Positions 13,501 to 26,985 are shown, numbered from the whole stretch's first letter. The stretch is DNA of 63,764 nt, filler included, from Octopus bimaculoides (GCF_001194135.2; 6 parts of 6 records of this genome joined end to end with filler, not necessarily neighbours in it), one strand, 5' to 3'. Made by a program: numbers and translations. The notes: a model not told the origin generated them from the letters alone.

Positions 13501-14869
13501 AAACTCCATTCCTATATCCAAGGGGAATGTTGTTACCATTTCTGTTTGCTTCTCAGTATCATGAATATTACTCGAGTACAGACTAAGATCCTCAACGAAA
13601 AAGTATGTATGTCTGTATGTATGTGCATGGCAACGTATATGAACTCACTGGATGTAACTTAACCGTCAAACCTAAACTATGCAGCTGGGATCACTAATAT
13701 TGTTATTTAAATTATGATTCATTTTATAGCTGTTAAAGTTAATTGTTTAAAAAAAAACACTCTTCCTATACTATTGCCAGATAACGTGTTCATGGGTTCC
13801 CATGTTTCAGAAGAGGTATAGAGGCCCAAACGTATACCAATTATCTTTCTTACAAGAGTGCTTACAAGTGCGTATAGTTGTTGCGCGGTATTATAAAAAC
13901 GATATATATGCGTATATCTATATATGTATTTGTGTCTATATCTAGAAGTATATACAAAAATTGTGTCTGGATATATATTTATATGTATGTCTAAATATAC
14001 ACATATCTATGTACACACATATTCACACAAGCACACATGTATGCGCACACATACACACATATTTTGCCAGAAACAATCGCAATCGTCTGGTCCTCTACGT
14101 TGCTGAGTCTCTTGCTAGAGTATTGCGTAGCCTATGCAATAGCGTTTTAGCTTGCTTGTCAAAGCTCCTCTACGGTTATTGGTTATCATATGCTCTCATA
14201 CAGCAAGAATACTCATTTTACTGGATATACATATGGAAATTCGTTACTGTATATAAAATTTATAATACCAGAAAATGGAATGAACAGGCTTTAATCCAAA
14301 TCACAACAATTGTTTATGTGCATTAGCAACAGTTGTTATTTGCTGAGTGTTTTACGTATACATATTATTATATAATTATTATATAAATATGATCCAGCAA
14401 TAGCTGTGTCTTCGTATCTTAGCATGAGATTGGCTTTGAGAGCACTGCTGGATTACCTATAGTTTCCCATTGTTAGATAGGTGATATTCTTTTTTTCAAC
14501 AAATTGTCTACATGAAAACAAAGTCTATACTTTAGATAAAAGCGTCAAAATATCAGCTTCATGGGCAGATCCAGCTTGTCTGTCACAGTTTTGTGAAAGA
14601 ATGTCGAGATTGTTGACTGCTTCACTTCTCTCAGCAGTGTTATCCAAATCAGTATTAGCTCTGAATAAAAAGTCTCAAAAACTCTTGGACGTACTGGTGC
14701 AGTGGTGGACTAGCTGGACAAGGGTATTAGCCGACATCTGCGCCGGTGGATAAAGGTTTGGATTTTCAAGTCTTTGGTTGTCCTTGATTTGCTCTATAAT
14801 TGCGAAACTTAGACTCTGTTCGGAGCCCTTAGGAGCCTCCTTAACCCCTTTAGAATCAGGACGCTTCGC

Positions 14870-15060
14870 AAGATTATGGGTTACAATTGGTCAGATTTTG
14901 CATCCAGTCAACGACTATATTTAGGAACTGGTATGCGTCCTATTACTTGTATGATTCGGGAGCGTCAAGTTAGTCTGTTTGGTTATGTTCGATTTTCCGA
15001 GATAGACCCTACGTACTGCGTTCTCTTCTCTGAGGAACCGGATGGAGTGACGGCTGAGGG
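14870..15060 (+). mobile_element. RTE-like LINE fragment
   Basis: MGYNWSDF.S.QRLY..TGMRPITCMIRERQVSLFGYV resembles the RTE post-RT R.LR.FGHV.R region. Confidence 0.55.
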
Positions 15061-15365
15061 ACTACTTGAGCAAATACCGACAAATTTTGGATGCAGCGAC
15101 GTGATGTAACGGCGCATGCCCCTGTATCTAACCAGACTAGAAGAACTTTCGATACACTTTTACAATTATGACTGTTTGGCAACTATAGCCATTAAAATTT
15201 TCAATTTATGTTTTGCGTTCATTCAGCGACTGTGAAGAATGTGTTCAACTGGTAACACAAAAAGTAAAGCTAGTAACAATCAAAAGAGCATAAACTGATA
15301 GGCAGCTGAGAAAATACAGCTCCCAATTAATTTGTTCATATCTTAGATATGAGTTCAGTCGTAGT

Positions 15366-16800
15366 TTAACATGCCGTCATAAATAGAATAAATGCATGCA
15401 TATATTTATAAACGACTGATTTTTCCCCCACTTTGTGAAATCGCCAAGAGTAGTCAGAACTGGCGGAGCTCCCAATAAGGGTTAAAGCTGAAAAAGTCGT
15501 TTCACATAGGTATGTGGTGCTAAATGACAAAAGAACATGTAATGTCATTTCAGAAATTGTGGGAAATTCAGCTTTAATTCCGATCCAAAATTCAATCAAA
15601 GATTTGTTTTATAGATTCAAGTTTCAAGTTTGAGTCACTCGATAGCTTATCGAATTCTCCTTGGGCTTTATACGGCAGATGATTATACGGCAGATGATTA
15701 TACGATAGATGATTAATATCATCAATGTCAACTGAAAATGGTTTCTGAATCCAAGATGACTTTTTGAAATTAAAATTCGGTATGAAATATTTGCGAAACT
15801 GTGTTTCGAATGAACTATTTTTCACTCTATTCTTCCAAATGTTAATATTTCTCATAAAACCCTCAATTTTATCATTCGAAGTAAATATATCGCTTTTCTT
15901 TCCTTGAAGAGAAAAATTGAGATCGTTTAGTTTCTCAAAAATATCTGACAAATAGCATAAATTTTAAAACCATAAGTCATTTTGAAAAAGAGCAACAAGG
16001 TCAGATATTTGTTCGGTTAAAAATATAATTTCGTCTTTTAACAACAATAATCTGTTTAAACTTCACCCTCATGATATCCACCTTCTGTGTGTAATAGTAA
16101 GTTTTGTAGGTGACGAGCTGGCAGAATCGTTAGCACGCCAGGCATAATGCTTACCGATATTTCGTCTGCCCTTACGTTCTGAGTTCAAATTCTGCCGAGG
16201 TCGACTTTGCCTTTCATCCTTTCGGGGTCGATTAAATAAGTACCAGACACGCACTGGGGCCGATGTAATCGACTTAATCCCTCTGACTGTCCTCGTTTTT
16301 CCCCTCTATGTTTATTCCCCTGTGGGAAATGAATACGATTTTTTATTGTGAGTCCAGTTCATGTCTTTACAGAGATTTGAAAATAAACGGTTGTTAAGGG
16401 AAAGGCTTTTTAATAAAGTTTATAATTTTGATAACATCCTGAAGCACATCGTTTAATTCCGGTGCTAATTCTTTTGCTGCAAGGGCCTCTCAACGGATCA
16501 TGCAGTGTGTAAAAGTTACACGATTGTTACCAGCAGCTTTAACAAACGATTTAAAATCAATATTTTCGCCCGTCATCGCTTTTGCACCATCTGTGCATAC
16601 TCCAATACAATTTTTCCATTCCAAACCTACAGTTTAAAAAAAATTTCATCAACTTTACCATGCATGTCTTTCACTCCGAGACGAAACCGTGACTTCCCTT
16701 TTCGCTTTCACCTTGCAATTTTAATACGATTTAAACAAATGTTCTTACAGGATTTACTTATTTTCTTTTGCCTTTTTTTAAAACAAAAAGTTTAACGAAA
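15366..16800 (-). mobile_element. hAT transposon remnant, Buster/Charlie (ZBED5/FAM200-like) transposase
   Basis: GLEWKNCIGVCTDGAKAMTG and THCMIR*EALAAKEL at about 16400-16630; DIFEKLNDLNFSLQG (15592-15951); EFW..IKAEFPTIS...FSTTYLCETTFSAL dimerisation motif (15366-15599). Interrupted by a SINE. Confidence 0.88.
16107..16281 (+). mobile_element. tRNA-derived SINE family B inserted in the hAT remnant
   Basis: gagctggcagaatcgttagcacgcc...gttctgagttcaaattctgccgaggtcgactttgcctttcatcctttcggggtcgat. Confidence 0.85.
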
Positions 16801-16899
16801 TGTTCTCTGCGTTTCATAGTCGTTAAAATTAACCACGACTTATCACTTCATCTTCTCCTTTCCGTCCACATAATTCACCACTGAGGCGCGCGGTTCAAC

Positions 16900-18250
16900 A
16901 CCCACCTCCGGCCTCAGTGGATTCACTCTTTCATAATGTCTTCCAATTCTGAAATTCTTTCAACTTTGGTGTGTCCTATATTTCACTATAATTTTCTTTT
17001 TGTTTGTGTTTTGTATGTTAGCGCTTTTTGTCTCTATGTTTCTGCAGTTTTGGGCTTTCATGTGATTGTATCTGTGTTTCTGTATGTTCAGTTGACTGTA
17101 ATTATGCGTGTTTCATCTGTGTGTCTATGTCTTTAGGTTTCCGTAATTCTGGGTTGTCTTGTTTGTCTTCGTTATTATTTGTGTGCTTTTGCATGTCTAT
17201 GTGTTTGAGTCGCTGCTGGTCAGAATGACTTTGTACTTGTGAATCCTTTACTGGTGATCCCACTGGTAAATATTCCCCGTTCCTCGTCATGGGTTGGGTT
17301 ATCTCTTCCATTGCTTTGTACTTCTTGAATTCCACTATCGTCGGTGACTTCCTTCTTTCTCTTTTTCTGGCTTTCACCTCCGCAAAGTTCCCGTCATGTT
17401 CTGTTTTCTGTTTCTGCTGTTTTTCTACCATTATAGTCTTCTGAATACTCTCCTCTACCATTTCCACTGCTGCTCTAGGGCATTTCTTTCTCAAGTGCCC
17501 TCTTTCATCACATTCGTAACACTTTGGAGGTCTCCCCTCCAGCATTATCTCCAGCTTTTCTTCATTTGGTAGTTCTAAATTTCAGGTATTTAGTCGTAAT
17601 ATTTTGGGCTCACTGTACAAATTATCTCTAATCCGTAGCCCCATCACATCACTTGTTGGGTTCGGTTTATCATGTCAATCTTCACGTCTTCGCTTTCCTT
17701 CTTCATCTCCGAATAAAAAATTGCGGCTATTATCCACACTGGGTCTATCGACGGTGGGATTCTTCCCACCCTAATACTAACAATTCTTTTGTCCAAACAG
17801 TTTGGCATCAAAGTCCATTTTTCTCCTTGTATCAGCTTTTGGGAGGTTTTTCCGCCTCCTCTTCTGATACAAAGTTTACCACTATCGACGCATATCTCTT
17901 TCCTCTCATAAAGAACGTTATGCTGTCTCCTATCAGTTCTTCTAAAATTTCTTCTATTTCTTCCTGCAGCGCTTGTTCAATTCGTCTATTTCTATTCGAA
18001 AATGTTCTGAATATGACCACCGTCCTTTCCATTATCACTTTTTCCTTCTCTGGCAGGGTCGTTTTTATATTTAACCCTTCCTTCTTTCCACTGTAACATC
18101 TCCTGTTTCAGTACACATGGGTCTAGGGGAACTCGTTCTCCAGCAGCTTCTGCATAACCTCTCATCCCTCTCAGTTATTCACCACCACCCAACAATGGTG
18201 GCTTCGCGTAAACAATTCGGCTAGAATTCTTAAAAAAAAAACCCCAAAAA
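16900..18250 (-). mobile_element. non-LTR retrotransposon ORF1 (gag-like, CCHC knuckle), frameshifted
   Basis: CYECDERGHLRKKCP (CX2CX4HX4C) in ORF 17102-17545, followed by a charged low-complexity tail. An upstream RRM-like segment lies at 17650-18038. No ORF2 visible. Confidence 0.7.
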
Positions 18251-18321
18251 GAGTCTGCTCGAGATTGTAGCAGCTTGCTTCTTCACGCAATATATTTCAA
18301 GCAAATCGTTGATTTTGCAAC

Positions 18322-18715
18322 AAGCAAAAATGCTACATCTAAAATCTCTCTAAGAGATCAACGCTGTAGTTGTGCTGACAAGTAATATTTGTAGTTGCTT
18401 TATCGTGGCTGTCCATTCGAGCGGACTCTACTGCAATCATCTGCTATCATCTCTAGCAGACGAGGTGTTTAGTTCTGTGGCGTAGCAAAAAAAAACAAAC
18501 AAAAAAACCCGAAGCCAGAACTGGTCTTCTGGTTCCGTCGCTGGGAAATGGTAGGAGTTCGCTCCCCTGCACGCAATTTTATCCTCTTGGTGTTAAAAAA
18601 TCGCAGTAGAGTCTGCTCGAACGGACAGCCATGATAAAGTGGCTACAATTATTACTTGTCAGTACAACTACAACATTGATCTCTTCGAGAGATTTGAGAA
18701 CAAGCATTTTTACTT
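18322..18715. repeat. foldback / MITE-like long inverted repeat (about 110-bp arms, 168-bp spacer)
   Basis: 18326-18434 is the imperfect reverse complement of 18603-18711 (e.g. tggctgtccattcgagcggactctactgc vs gcagtagagtctgctcgaacggacagcca; ctgacaagtaat vs attacttgtcag). Confidence 0.85.
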
Positions 18716-20839
18716 ACACACACACACACACAAACACACACAGATATNNNNNNNNNNNNNNNNNNNNNNNNNNNNNNNNNNNNNNNNNNNNNNNNNNNNN
18801 NNNNNNNNNNNNNNNNNNNNNNNNNNNNNNNNNNNNNNNNNNNNNNNNNNNNNNNNNNNNNNNNNNNNNNNNNNNNNNNNTGTATGTATTGTATGTATGT
18901 ATGTATGTATGTGTGTGTGTGTGAGAGAGAGTATTTATGCTGTAAAGTATTTGTAATAGGAGACGATTAAATCTCATGTAAGATATATAAAAAGTATATA
19001 GTGAAACACTGTCGTTATCAAAACTCTTAATTTAAAAGTTATTGACTAAATTTTTTCCACGCCAGAATATCGATTAACTGATCGCACTGAAGATATCTCC
19101 TTTAGTTGCATGTAGAAATGAAATACTTGGAAGGGAGTTTTTAATCATTTGTTGCTGAGATAATTTCAACTGATTGTAATTTTTCAATTCACTGTGTTAA
19201 ATTTGTGTGACCTCGCCGTAATTTCGCTTAGTATACAGATATTCCCACTCGGTTATTTCCGCCCGATACACAGTTATATTTTCCATGTTCATGTATTGCG
19301 CCATGTCTGTGTTGTATTCGTCTACATCCTTTTGCTGTAAACAAGATCTAATGAAGATACTACAGTACCAAACACTATGGTTGTTATTTTCAAATGAATG
19401 CTATAAAAATATCGAATATTGAATCATTCTCATGCTACCGAGAAGCTATTCCATTGGCCACTATCAGTTATTTTCTTTTCTGCTTAGATGCAAAGATGAT
19501 TTGCAGAAATTAACCAAATTTACTTTTTGAGGAAATCATAGTCTTAATAATTGACTTTAGTAATTCAATTAAGAGAGACTTTAAGAAGTTCATAGATAAA
19601 CGTCAAGTTGTATTCAGCCATCTCTTTCATCAATTAATTGATCTCCAAGTTAATAAATTTGGGAAATGACATGCAAGAACCAATAGGCTACTGATTACTA
19701 TTTCAACAACAATATAAATTATTATGCTTTTTTTCTCTTTTGTTAAAACGAATAAATTGATTGTTTGATTCTAAATATATGCCAGACACCCAAAGTCAAT
19801 ATCGTCTCAAAATAAACGCCTAAATTCTATAGAAACATATAAATAATTCAGTCAAATAGAATTTTGTTAAGGATGTCCTTGTAAAACTATTGCGTTATAT
19901 CTCAGATTTACCGCTAATGTTGATGTGAGATTACATTCAATATTAACTTACCCAATAACAATCAGATAAATATCTACATAACTGTATATACCACTATAAC
20001 ATAATTTAAAAGTCGGATGTGCGATAATTTATCGTTGGGCTCTTGGCAGACAAACCATATGCGCTGTCCTGTTTCGATTTCCAACATAAATCTGAGTCAT
20101 ATTTAGTTTTTCATAGAGTTCAACATCCCAATTCAGGAATCATATATTTCGGGCTAGACATTGTTCAGGACTGATGTGCTTTCTAGCGTTGAAAGATAAA
20201 CACAGATTTTGTGTATTCTTGTCTGGAAAATTATGGATGACTGCAATGAGTGTAGCTGCTTGGTATTTGCCAAGAATATGAATGCTTAAATTCCGTAACG
20301 GAAATGAATTGTACTTTTTTTTCTCTCTCTTCAGAGTGTGTATTTTCATTCAGTTGAACTTTCCACGAGATTAAACTAGCACTCATGTTCAATTAACGTG
20401 TTTAGATGATTCCTTTCTTGCAAAACATAACCAATGTCTGTTCCTTTATAGTTTCATTTAATGATAGAAAATATAAATACCAACGAAGAAGTATTTATTC
20501 ACACTCAATACAATTAAAGAGATTTATATTGATATACCATTGATAATATAGTGTAAAATAAATTTATATTGATATAACACTGATAATATAGCGTACACAA
20601 TATATTCGGATTTATTATGAAGTTGTGTTATGTAGAAGGCTATTTTCCATTTGTGCCAATGTTTTACCGCAATTTCCCATCAAAAACCCCAACAGATTAA
20701 TGATAAGTCTTTTTAGAGATATTTACACGTAATACTGTCTAACGATGTTTACAGATTATTGCTTCGGATTCATTTTATATGTTTATTATAAAATATAACA
20801 GAAGCATTTGCGGAAATACATATAGCTATATCTTTCTTC

Positions 20840-21310
20840 CTGTCTGTAATCCTCCCCTCTCGCTTTCATTACTATCAGTCTTACCACCCACAACTCCACA
20901 GTCTATTTCTCCTCCCAAATTCATTGACCTAGCATCATCTCCTCTTGCAATTTCACTTCACTAATTTCCAAATATCTCGGTAGAATTCTCTAACCCTTAA
21001 TTACTGCCAATCCCTCCCAGATTCATATTCCTAATCATGCTCTTCATCTCTTTAACTCCTCCCTACGATCAAATTCCTCCATATTTTTCTTCACTCTAGA
21101 TATTAACCATCATTCCACAATATGGTGGTTTTCTCGCCCTTAAATACCTCTTAGACTGTTACTCTCGCCTCTATCATATTCTACTTTGCTGAGCTTGTCC
21201 TTAAATTGAATTGTTTTTCGTTCTATGGCGAGTTTTGTAAACAGGTCATGGTGTGGCCATGGCAGGTAGATATGCTAAACATTTTGGTGGCTATGTCGAG
21301 CTCACTGGCT
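20840..21310 (+). mobile_element. degraded Penelope-like RT fragment
   Basis: AELVLKLNCFSFYGEFCKQV, then remnants of GVAMG and F.GYVE (PLE RT motifs), with frameshifts. Confidence 0.55.
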
Positions 21311-21569
21311 CAAATCTTTAACTATAGCAGCGGATATAGGAATAAATTCCTCGGAGTCAACTCTCTCACCCATAAGAGCGCGCGCGCGCGAGAGAGAGAG
21401 AGATGATGATGAGAGGGAGAGGAGAAAAAGAGTGAGAGGGGAGAAAGGGAGAAAGAGAGATTGAGAAAATTAAGATATTAATGTCTTTTTTCGATTTTGC
21501 TTTATACATTGACCTTTAGAAAGTCACTTGGTGTTCTTACAGATGGTGACTCTGAAATATTTCTAAACA

Positions 21570-21748
21570 GGTGCAGGCGTGGCAGTGTGGTAAGAAGCAT
21601 GCATTCCAACCACATGGTTCCGGGTTCAGTCCCACTGCGTGGCACCTTGGGCAAGTGTCTTCTACTATAGCCGCGGGCCAACCAAAGCTTTGTGAGTGGA
21701 TTTGGTAGACGGAAACCAAAAGAAGCCTGTCGCCTCTCTCTCTCTCTC

Positions 21749-21781
<33 letters not shown>

Positions 21782-21984
21782 ATCTTTGTGCCTGTATTTG
21801 TCCCCCACCATCACTTGACAACCAATGTTGGTGTGTTTAAGTCCCCGAAACTTATCGCTTTGGCAAAAGAGACCTATGTAATAAGTACTAGGCTTACAAT
21901 GAATAAGTCCAGGGGTCGATGTGCTCCACTAAAGGCGTTCCTCCAGCATGGCCGCAGTCAAATGACTGAAATGTGTAAAAGAGT
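21570..21984 (+). mobile_element. tRNA-derived SINE, family A
   Basis: Near-complete: gtggcagtgtggtaag...ccgggttcagtcccactgcgtggcaccttgggcaagtgtcttctactatagcc...catggccgcagtcaaatgactgaa. Confidence 0.88.
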
Positions 21985-22648
21985 AATACTTTATTTTTAA
22001 TTGAAACCCCAACAATCTTATAACTTTCTATGCATCGTCATTGAGATCATCTTAATTCAAAAATATGTTCAAATTTGTCGACCGTACTTGCCGAATATGT
22101 GAAGATTATACACCAAATACATTTTATTAACTAATATTGCGTTTCTCCGCTGCATAATTTTTCCGGTTCGCTTTTTAGAGCCTCCTCTATTAAATATTTT
22201 AACGCTACGTCGTTATTCCGATTTATGTTCATCCATAAAATATTTCAAGATGAGCTGTCATTATAAAATATAACTAAATATTACTAAATTTGAAACGGCG
22301 AACATCTTCCCATGTAACATTAGTTATAAATTCAATTTCTAGATGATTCGATTTCATTTATTGTTTTCTACAGAGGTAAAAGAAAAACAGAGCTTAGAAT
22401 TTTCAGAAGTGAAATTAAAACCTTATTAACAATATAATTGAAATGCATGGATGGGACAGCAATCATTGTTTGGTTGTAATTGATAGCTTCATTTTACAAT
22501 TCAAATAGATAACAGGATCAATATGATCCTGTTTTCAGGCCTCTACTCTAAAAAATATACCTGATATATTTGCAAAATATTTTTCGGATCACAAACAGAT
22601 TGTATACTCACACCCACACATACTTACACACACACACACACTTATAAA

Positions 22649-23447
22649 TGGGGTCATCCCATAAATAATGCGGTTTTTTTATACTTCTTTTATTTTTCAA
22701 AATTAAGATAAACAAACTTCTTTTTTAATCTAAAATATACTCTCCTTCATCACTTTCTACAATGCTCTTTCATCTCTCTGGTAGACTTGCTAGGCCCCTT
22801 TTCCAAAATTCACTTGCCCGTGACGACAAATACTTCTCCAGTACTGTTCTGACATCTACAGAAATCATATTTTTTGCGTTCAAATGATTTTGAAAACTGC
22901 GAAATAAATGATTATCAGATGGGGCAATGTCCAGCGAATATGGTGAGTGGAGCATCGTTTCCCATTCAAACTGCTCTAGTATTTGGAATGTTATCCTCAC
23001 TGTATTTGACCGAGCATTATCCTGATGGAAGAACACCTTTCGTCTTGAAACCAAAGATGGCTGTTTTTCTTCCAGAGCTGGTGTCGATGAATGGTTGATT
23101 GGTCATATTTAAGCTTCTCTGCTAGATCCTCAACAGTTACGATGAGATTTTGTTCCACCAGGGTTTGCAGGACGTCCTGGACTAGCTCGCACTTTCTGTC
23201 GCTTTGTTGCCTTTATTGAAGACATAAAGCAAAATATGCCGCATATTCTCCTTTATCACTTCCATTATAACTTTGAAAAAATAACTATTAAAATCAAACT
23301 TCACTCTTCAAAGCTTGTACTAAGAATAAGTATAAGGAAAAATTACACTCTGCTTTTAAAGCAAGTTGATGCAGATAGTTAACCCCCACCCCGACTTTTA
23401 GTTAATGCATTTGAAAACAACTGCATTAATTATGGGGTGACCCAATA
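22649..23447 (-). mobile_element. internally deleted mariner (D34D) with both TIRs
   Basis: TIRs tggggtcatcccataaataatgcgg (22651) and ctgcattaattatggggtgacccaata (to 23447). HQDNAR...HSPYSLDIAPSD gives D34D spacing. N-terminus MEVIKENMRHILLYVFNKG is joined to the C-terminal half. Confidence 0.9.
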
Positions 23448-23793
23448 CATGTAAACATACATGCATGTATAGTCATACGCGCGCTCACAAACACGAACAC
23501 AGAGAAATTTTATGCTAATCAAATTTTTAAAGTTCTTTTCTTAAATTATTGATATTCGTATTATCCGCTCAAATTTTCATAAAAATTATGGATACAATCC
23601 TGTACTACTTTAATTTTTACAATTGTAATCTGTTGTATATTTTACTCTTGCGCCTCTGTTAACTTTTTAAATAATTTAAATATTTTCTTTAAAGTTTTTG
23701 ATTGTAATATTTTTTCTCACTTTGATACTTCTTCAGATTATATATCTTTTTTCCATTTATTTCACTCTATCTTCCATGTTAGAGTGAAGCTGT

Positions 23794-23852
<59 letters not shown>

Positions 23853-24367
23853 GACGCGAGATATTTGTATCAAAATGCTGACCTCTGTATTCATCCCAGC
23901 TTGTATTCATCTGTTTCCTCTGGCACTACTTTCCATAGGCCACCACTCTTCTTTCTTCCTCCCCACCCTCTCTCTCCCCACCCTCTCTCTNNNNNNNNNN
24001 NNNNNNNNNNNNNNNNNNNNNNNNNNNNNNNNNNNNNNNNNNNNNNNNNNNNNNNNNNNNNNNNNNNNNNNNNNNNNNNNNNNNNNNNNNNNNNNNNNNN
24101 NNNNNNNNNNNNNNNNNNNNNNNNNNNNNNNNNNNNNNNNNNNNNNNNNNNNNNNNNNNNNNNNNNNNNNNNNNNNNNNNNNNNNNNNNNNNNNNNNNNN
24201 NNNNNNNNNNNNNNNNNNNNNNNNNCCCACAGCCTGTATACAATTGTGGCCAACTGTATGTAAGCTTACGTAGAACTAAGAATATTAGACAATTAAATTT
24301 GCTTATATATCATACAGAATGCAAAGGTGCGTTAATACATAGTCTCACACACGCACGCACGCACACA

Positions 24368-24398
<31 letters not shown>

Positions 24399-25949
24399 GC
24401 ATGCACGCACGCAAATATTGTTCACGAGGAACGTTTAGATTAGATAAACATTAAACATGTCTCAGAATTTCGTATGCGGTTGATTTGCAGGAATCTCCAA
24501 CTCATGCGATATTAGATGAATGTAGTAAATATTTGATGTAAACTACAACCTGTGGCATATTCTGAAATGATATAAATGTGTTTGTGAATTCTATTCTGTA
24601 AAATAGTGTGAAATAAAGATATTGATGCAAATCTATATCGCGTGATGAAGTTTGTAAAAACAATGTAAAATGCAACTGTTTCCTAGTATATAATGTAATC
24701 TGCATACTACAGGAGGTTTCATAATGTAAATTTTTGATATCGCTTTCTACTATAAGTTATTAAATACTACGAAGTGTTAACAGAATCATAATTTCCAATC
24801 TGTATATATTGAGAATGAACAACTATAGAAAAGTTTAACTTTTGCCATATTGCATAATGCTAGAAATATTGGTGCATACTGCAATATCTATCTTATTGTG
24901 ATATATTGCAGATATTAACAATTGTGTGCCATCAATGCATATTGCCAATATACAATAAATTTGCATACTACGTACCATTTCGGAATTTTGTAAACAGTGA
25001 TTATCAGTGAAAAATTGATAACGTCACTCATGACTTTAAAATAACGTGACGATTCTCTTCAGTCAGTTAATTGGAGTAAAAAATATCCTGGAAAAGAAAA
25101 AAAGAGTAAATAAAAAATACATCTGAAACGCACGAAGAAGTAACAAAGCATTAGTTCCATATGGTGAAAAGTTAGACGGAATGGAAGTTATGAAGGGGAT
25201 TTTTGAGTGCGGAAGATATGAAAAAATTCATATACTGCTCAGAATGTTAATCTGATTTTAAAAGGTCTTTTAAAATATATATATACATATATATACGCAC
25301 ACAAATATATATNNNNNNNNNNNNNNNNNNNNNNNNNNNNNNNNNNNNNNNNNNNNNNNNNNNNNNNNNNNNNNNNNNNNNNNNNNNNNNNNNNNNNNNN
25401 NNNNNNNNNNNNNNNNNNNNNNNNNNNNNNNNNNNNNNNNNNNNNNNNNNNNNNNNNNNNNNNNNNNNNNNNNNNNNNNNNNNNNNNNNNNNNNNNNNNN
25501 NNNNNNNNNNNNNNNNNNNNNNNNNNNNNNNNNNNNNNNNNNNNNNNNNNNNNNNNNNNNNNNNNNNNNNNNNNNNNNNNNNNNNNNNNNNNNNNNNNNN
25601 NNNNNNNNNNNNNNNNNNNNNNNNNNNNNNNNNNNNNNNNNNNNNNNNNNNNNNNNNNNNNNNNNNNNNNNNNNNNNNNNNNNNNNNNNNNNNNNNNNNN
25701 NNNNNNNNNNNNNNNNNNNNNNNNNNNNNNNNNNNNNNNNNNNNNNNNNNNNNNNNNNNNNNNNNNNNNNNNNNNNNNNNNNNNNNNNNNNNNNNNNNNN
25801 NNNNNNNNNNNNNNNNNNNNNNNNNNNNNNNNNNNNNNNNNNNNNNNNNNNNNNNNNNNNNNNNNNNNNNNNNNNNNNNNNNNNNNNNNNNNNNNNNNNN
25901 NNNNNNNNNNNNNNNNNNNNNNNNNNNNNNNNNNNNNNNNNNNNNNNNN

Positions 25950-25982
<33 letters not shown>

Positions 25983-26951
25983 TATAATATAGAATATATA
26001 TATATTTATATATATACATATGTGTGTAAATGTATATGTATATGTGTGTACATGTGTGTATGTGTATGTGTATGGACAGATATTAGCTGAAGCAATCAGA
26101 TGTTCAGATGCACAAGGGTTATGCTCATGAAAGTGAAAGACACATCGCCGCTGGTAAAATGACGTAATGTTGATACGTCATCATATTTTGTTCTCTTGTG
26201 CAGAAGTCCAAATACTGTTGGACCACTACGTTTGTTGGTGTACTTCTATATGTAACTGATAAACTTAAATGAAGAGCAGGCTTCAAACTTAGTGAGTATT
26301 TTGAAGATGCGTAAATGAAAGGAGGGTTTAAGGACTCACTCTCATGCTGTAAAAAGATAACTTCTTAGTGTTCCACTCTGAGAATAGTGGTGTGAATCTC
26401 CTTCACTAAGGACATTTTCCTGTTCAAAAATTATTTATACTGATCTCTCTGAAATTATTGAAGAGACCTGGGGATATCTTTCAGTGCATTTTCACGATTT
26501 CATATGAAGACAATGTGTTCTGGGGTGATGAAAAGGACCACGAATTATGCTTTTTGACATATGTTTGCGCAATATTTTGTCCACGTCAGGATTAAAAATC
26601 TCTACACTGAGAGAAGTTACTCGCAAACCAGAAGAAAATGTAGATGTATGGCAGTCCACAGTTTTGCCATTGAATGAAACATCTTCACTCTCAAATTGCA
26701 TCACCATTCCTGATGAGACTATGACTCAAATAACCTTTGGGCGAAATACTCTAAAATCTATGCTGGGCTATCTGATCAGGCATGAGTTCTGCTGTGATCT
26801 CCAGTCGTGAAGGATTATACTAAAAGTCATGAACAAATCAGTTACGCTATAGTGTGAAAATACAAGTCATGCCATCGTATGTGCATTCATGTATGTATAA
26901 CAGCCCACCTGGGAAGGAAAAGGACATCACAACTAGCTTCCCCAAATTTGC

Positions 26952-26985
26952 AGAATGACCATCATTTGCTGATGATGGTCATTCT
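26952..26985. other. perfect 14-bp stem hairpin
   Basis: agaatgaccatcat-ttgctg-atgatggtcattct. Confidence 0.85.

Noticed and set aside
13803-13840. Hammerhead-like cagaagaggtatagaggcccaaacgta
   Set aside because: Both core boxes are mutated and the stems are poor; unsupported.
26204-26290. Exon-like interval between tgcag and gtgagt
   Set aside because: Stops in all three frames.
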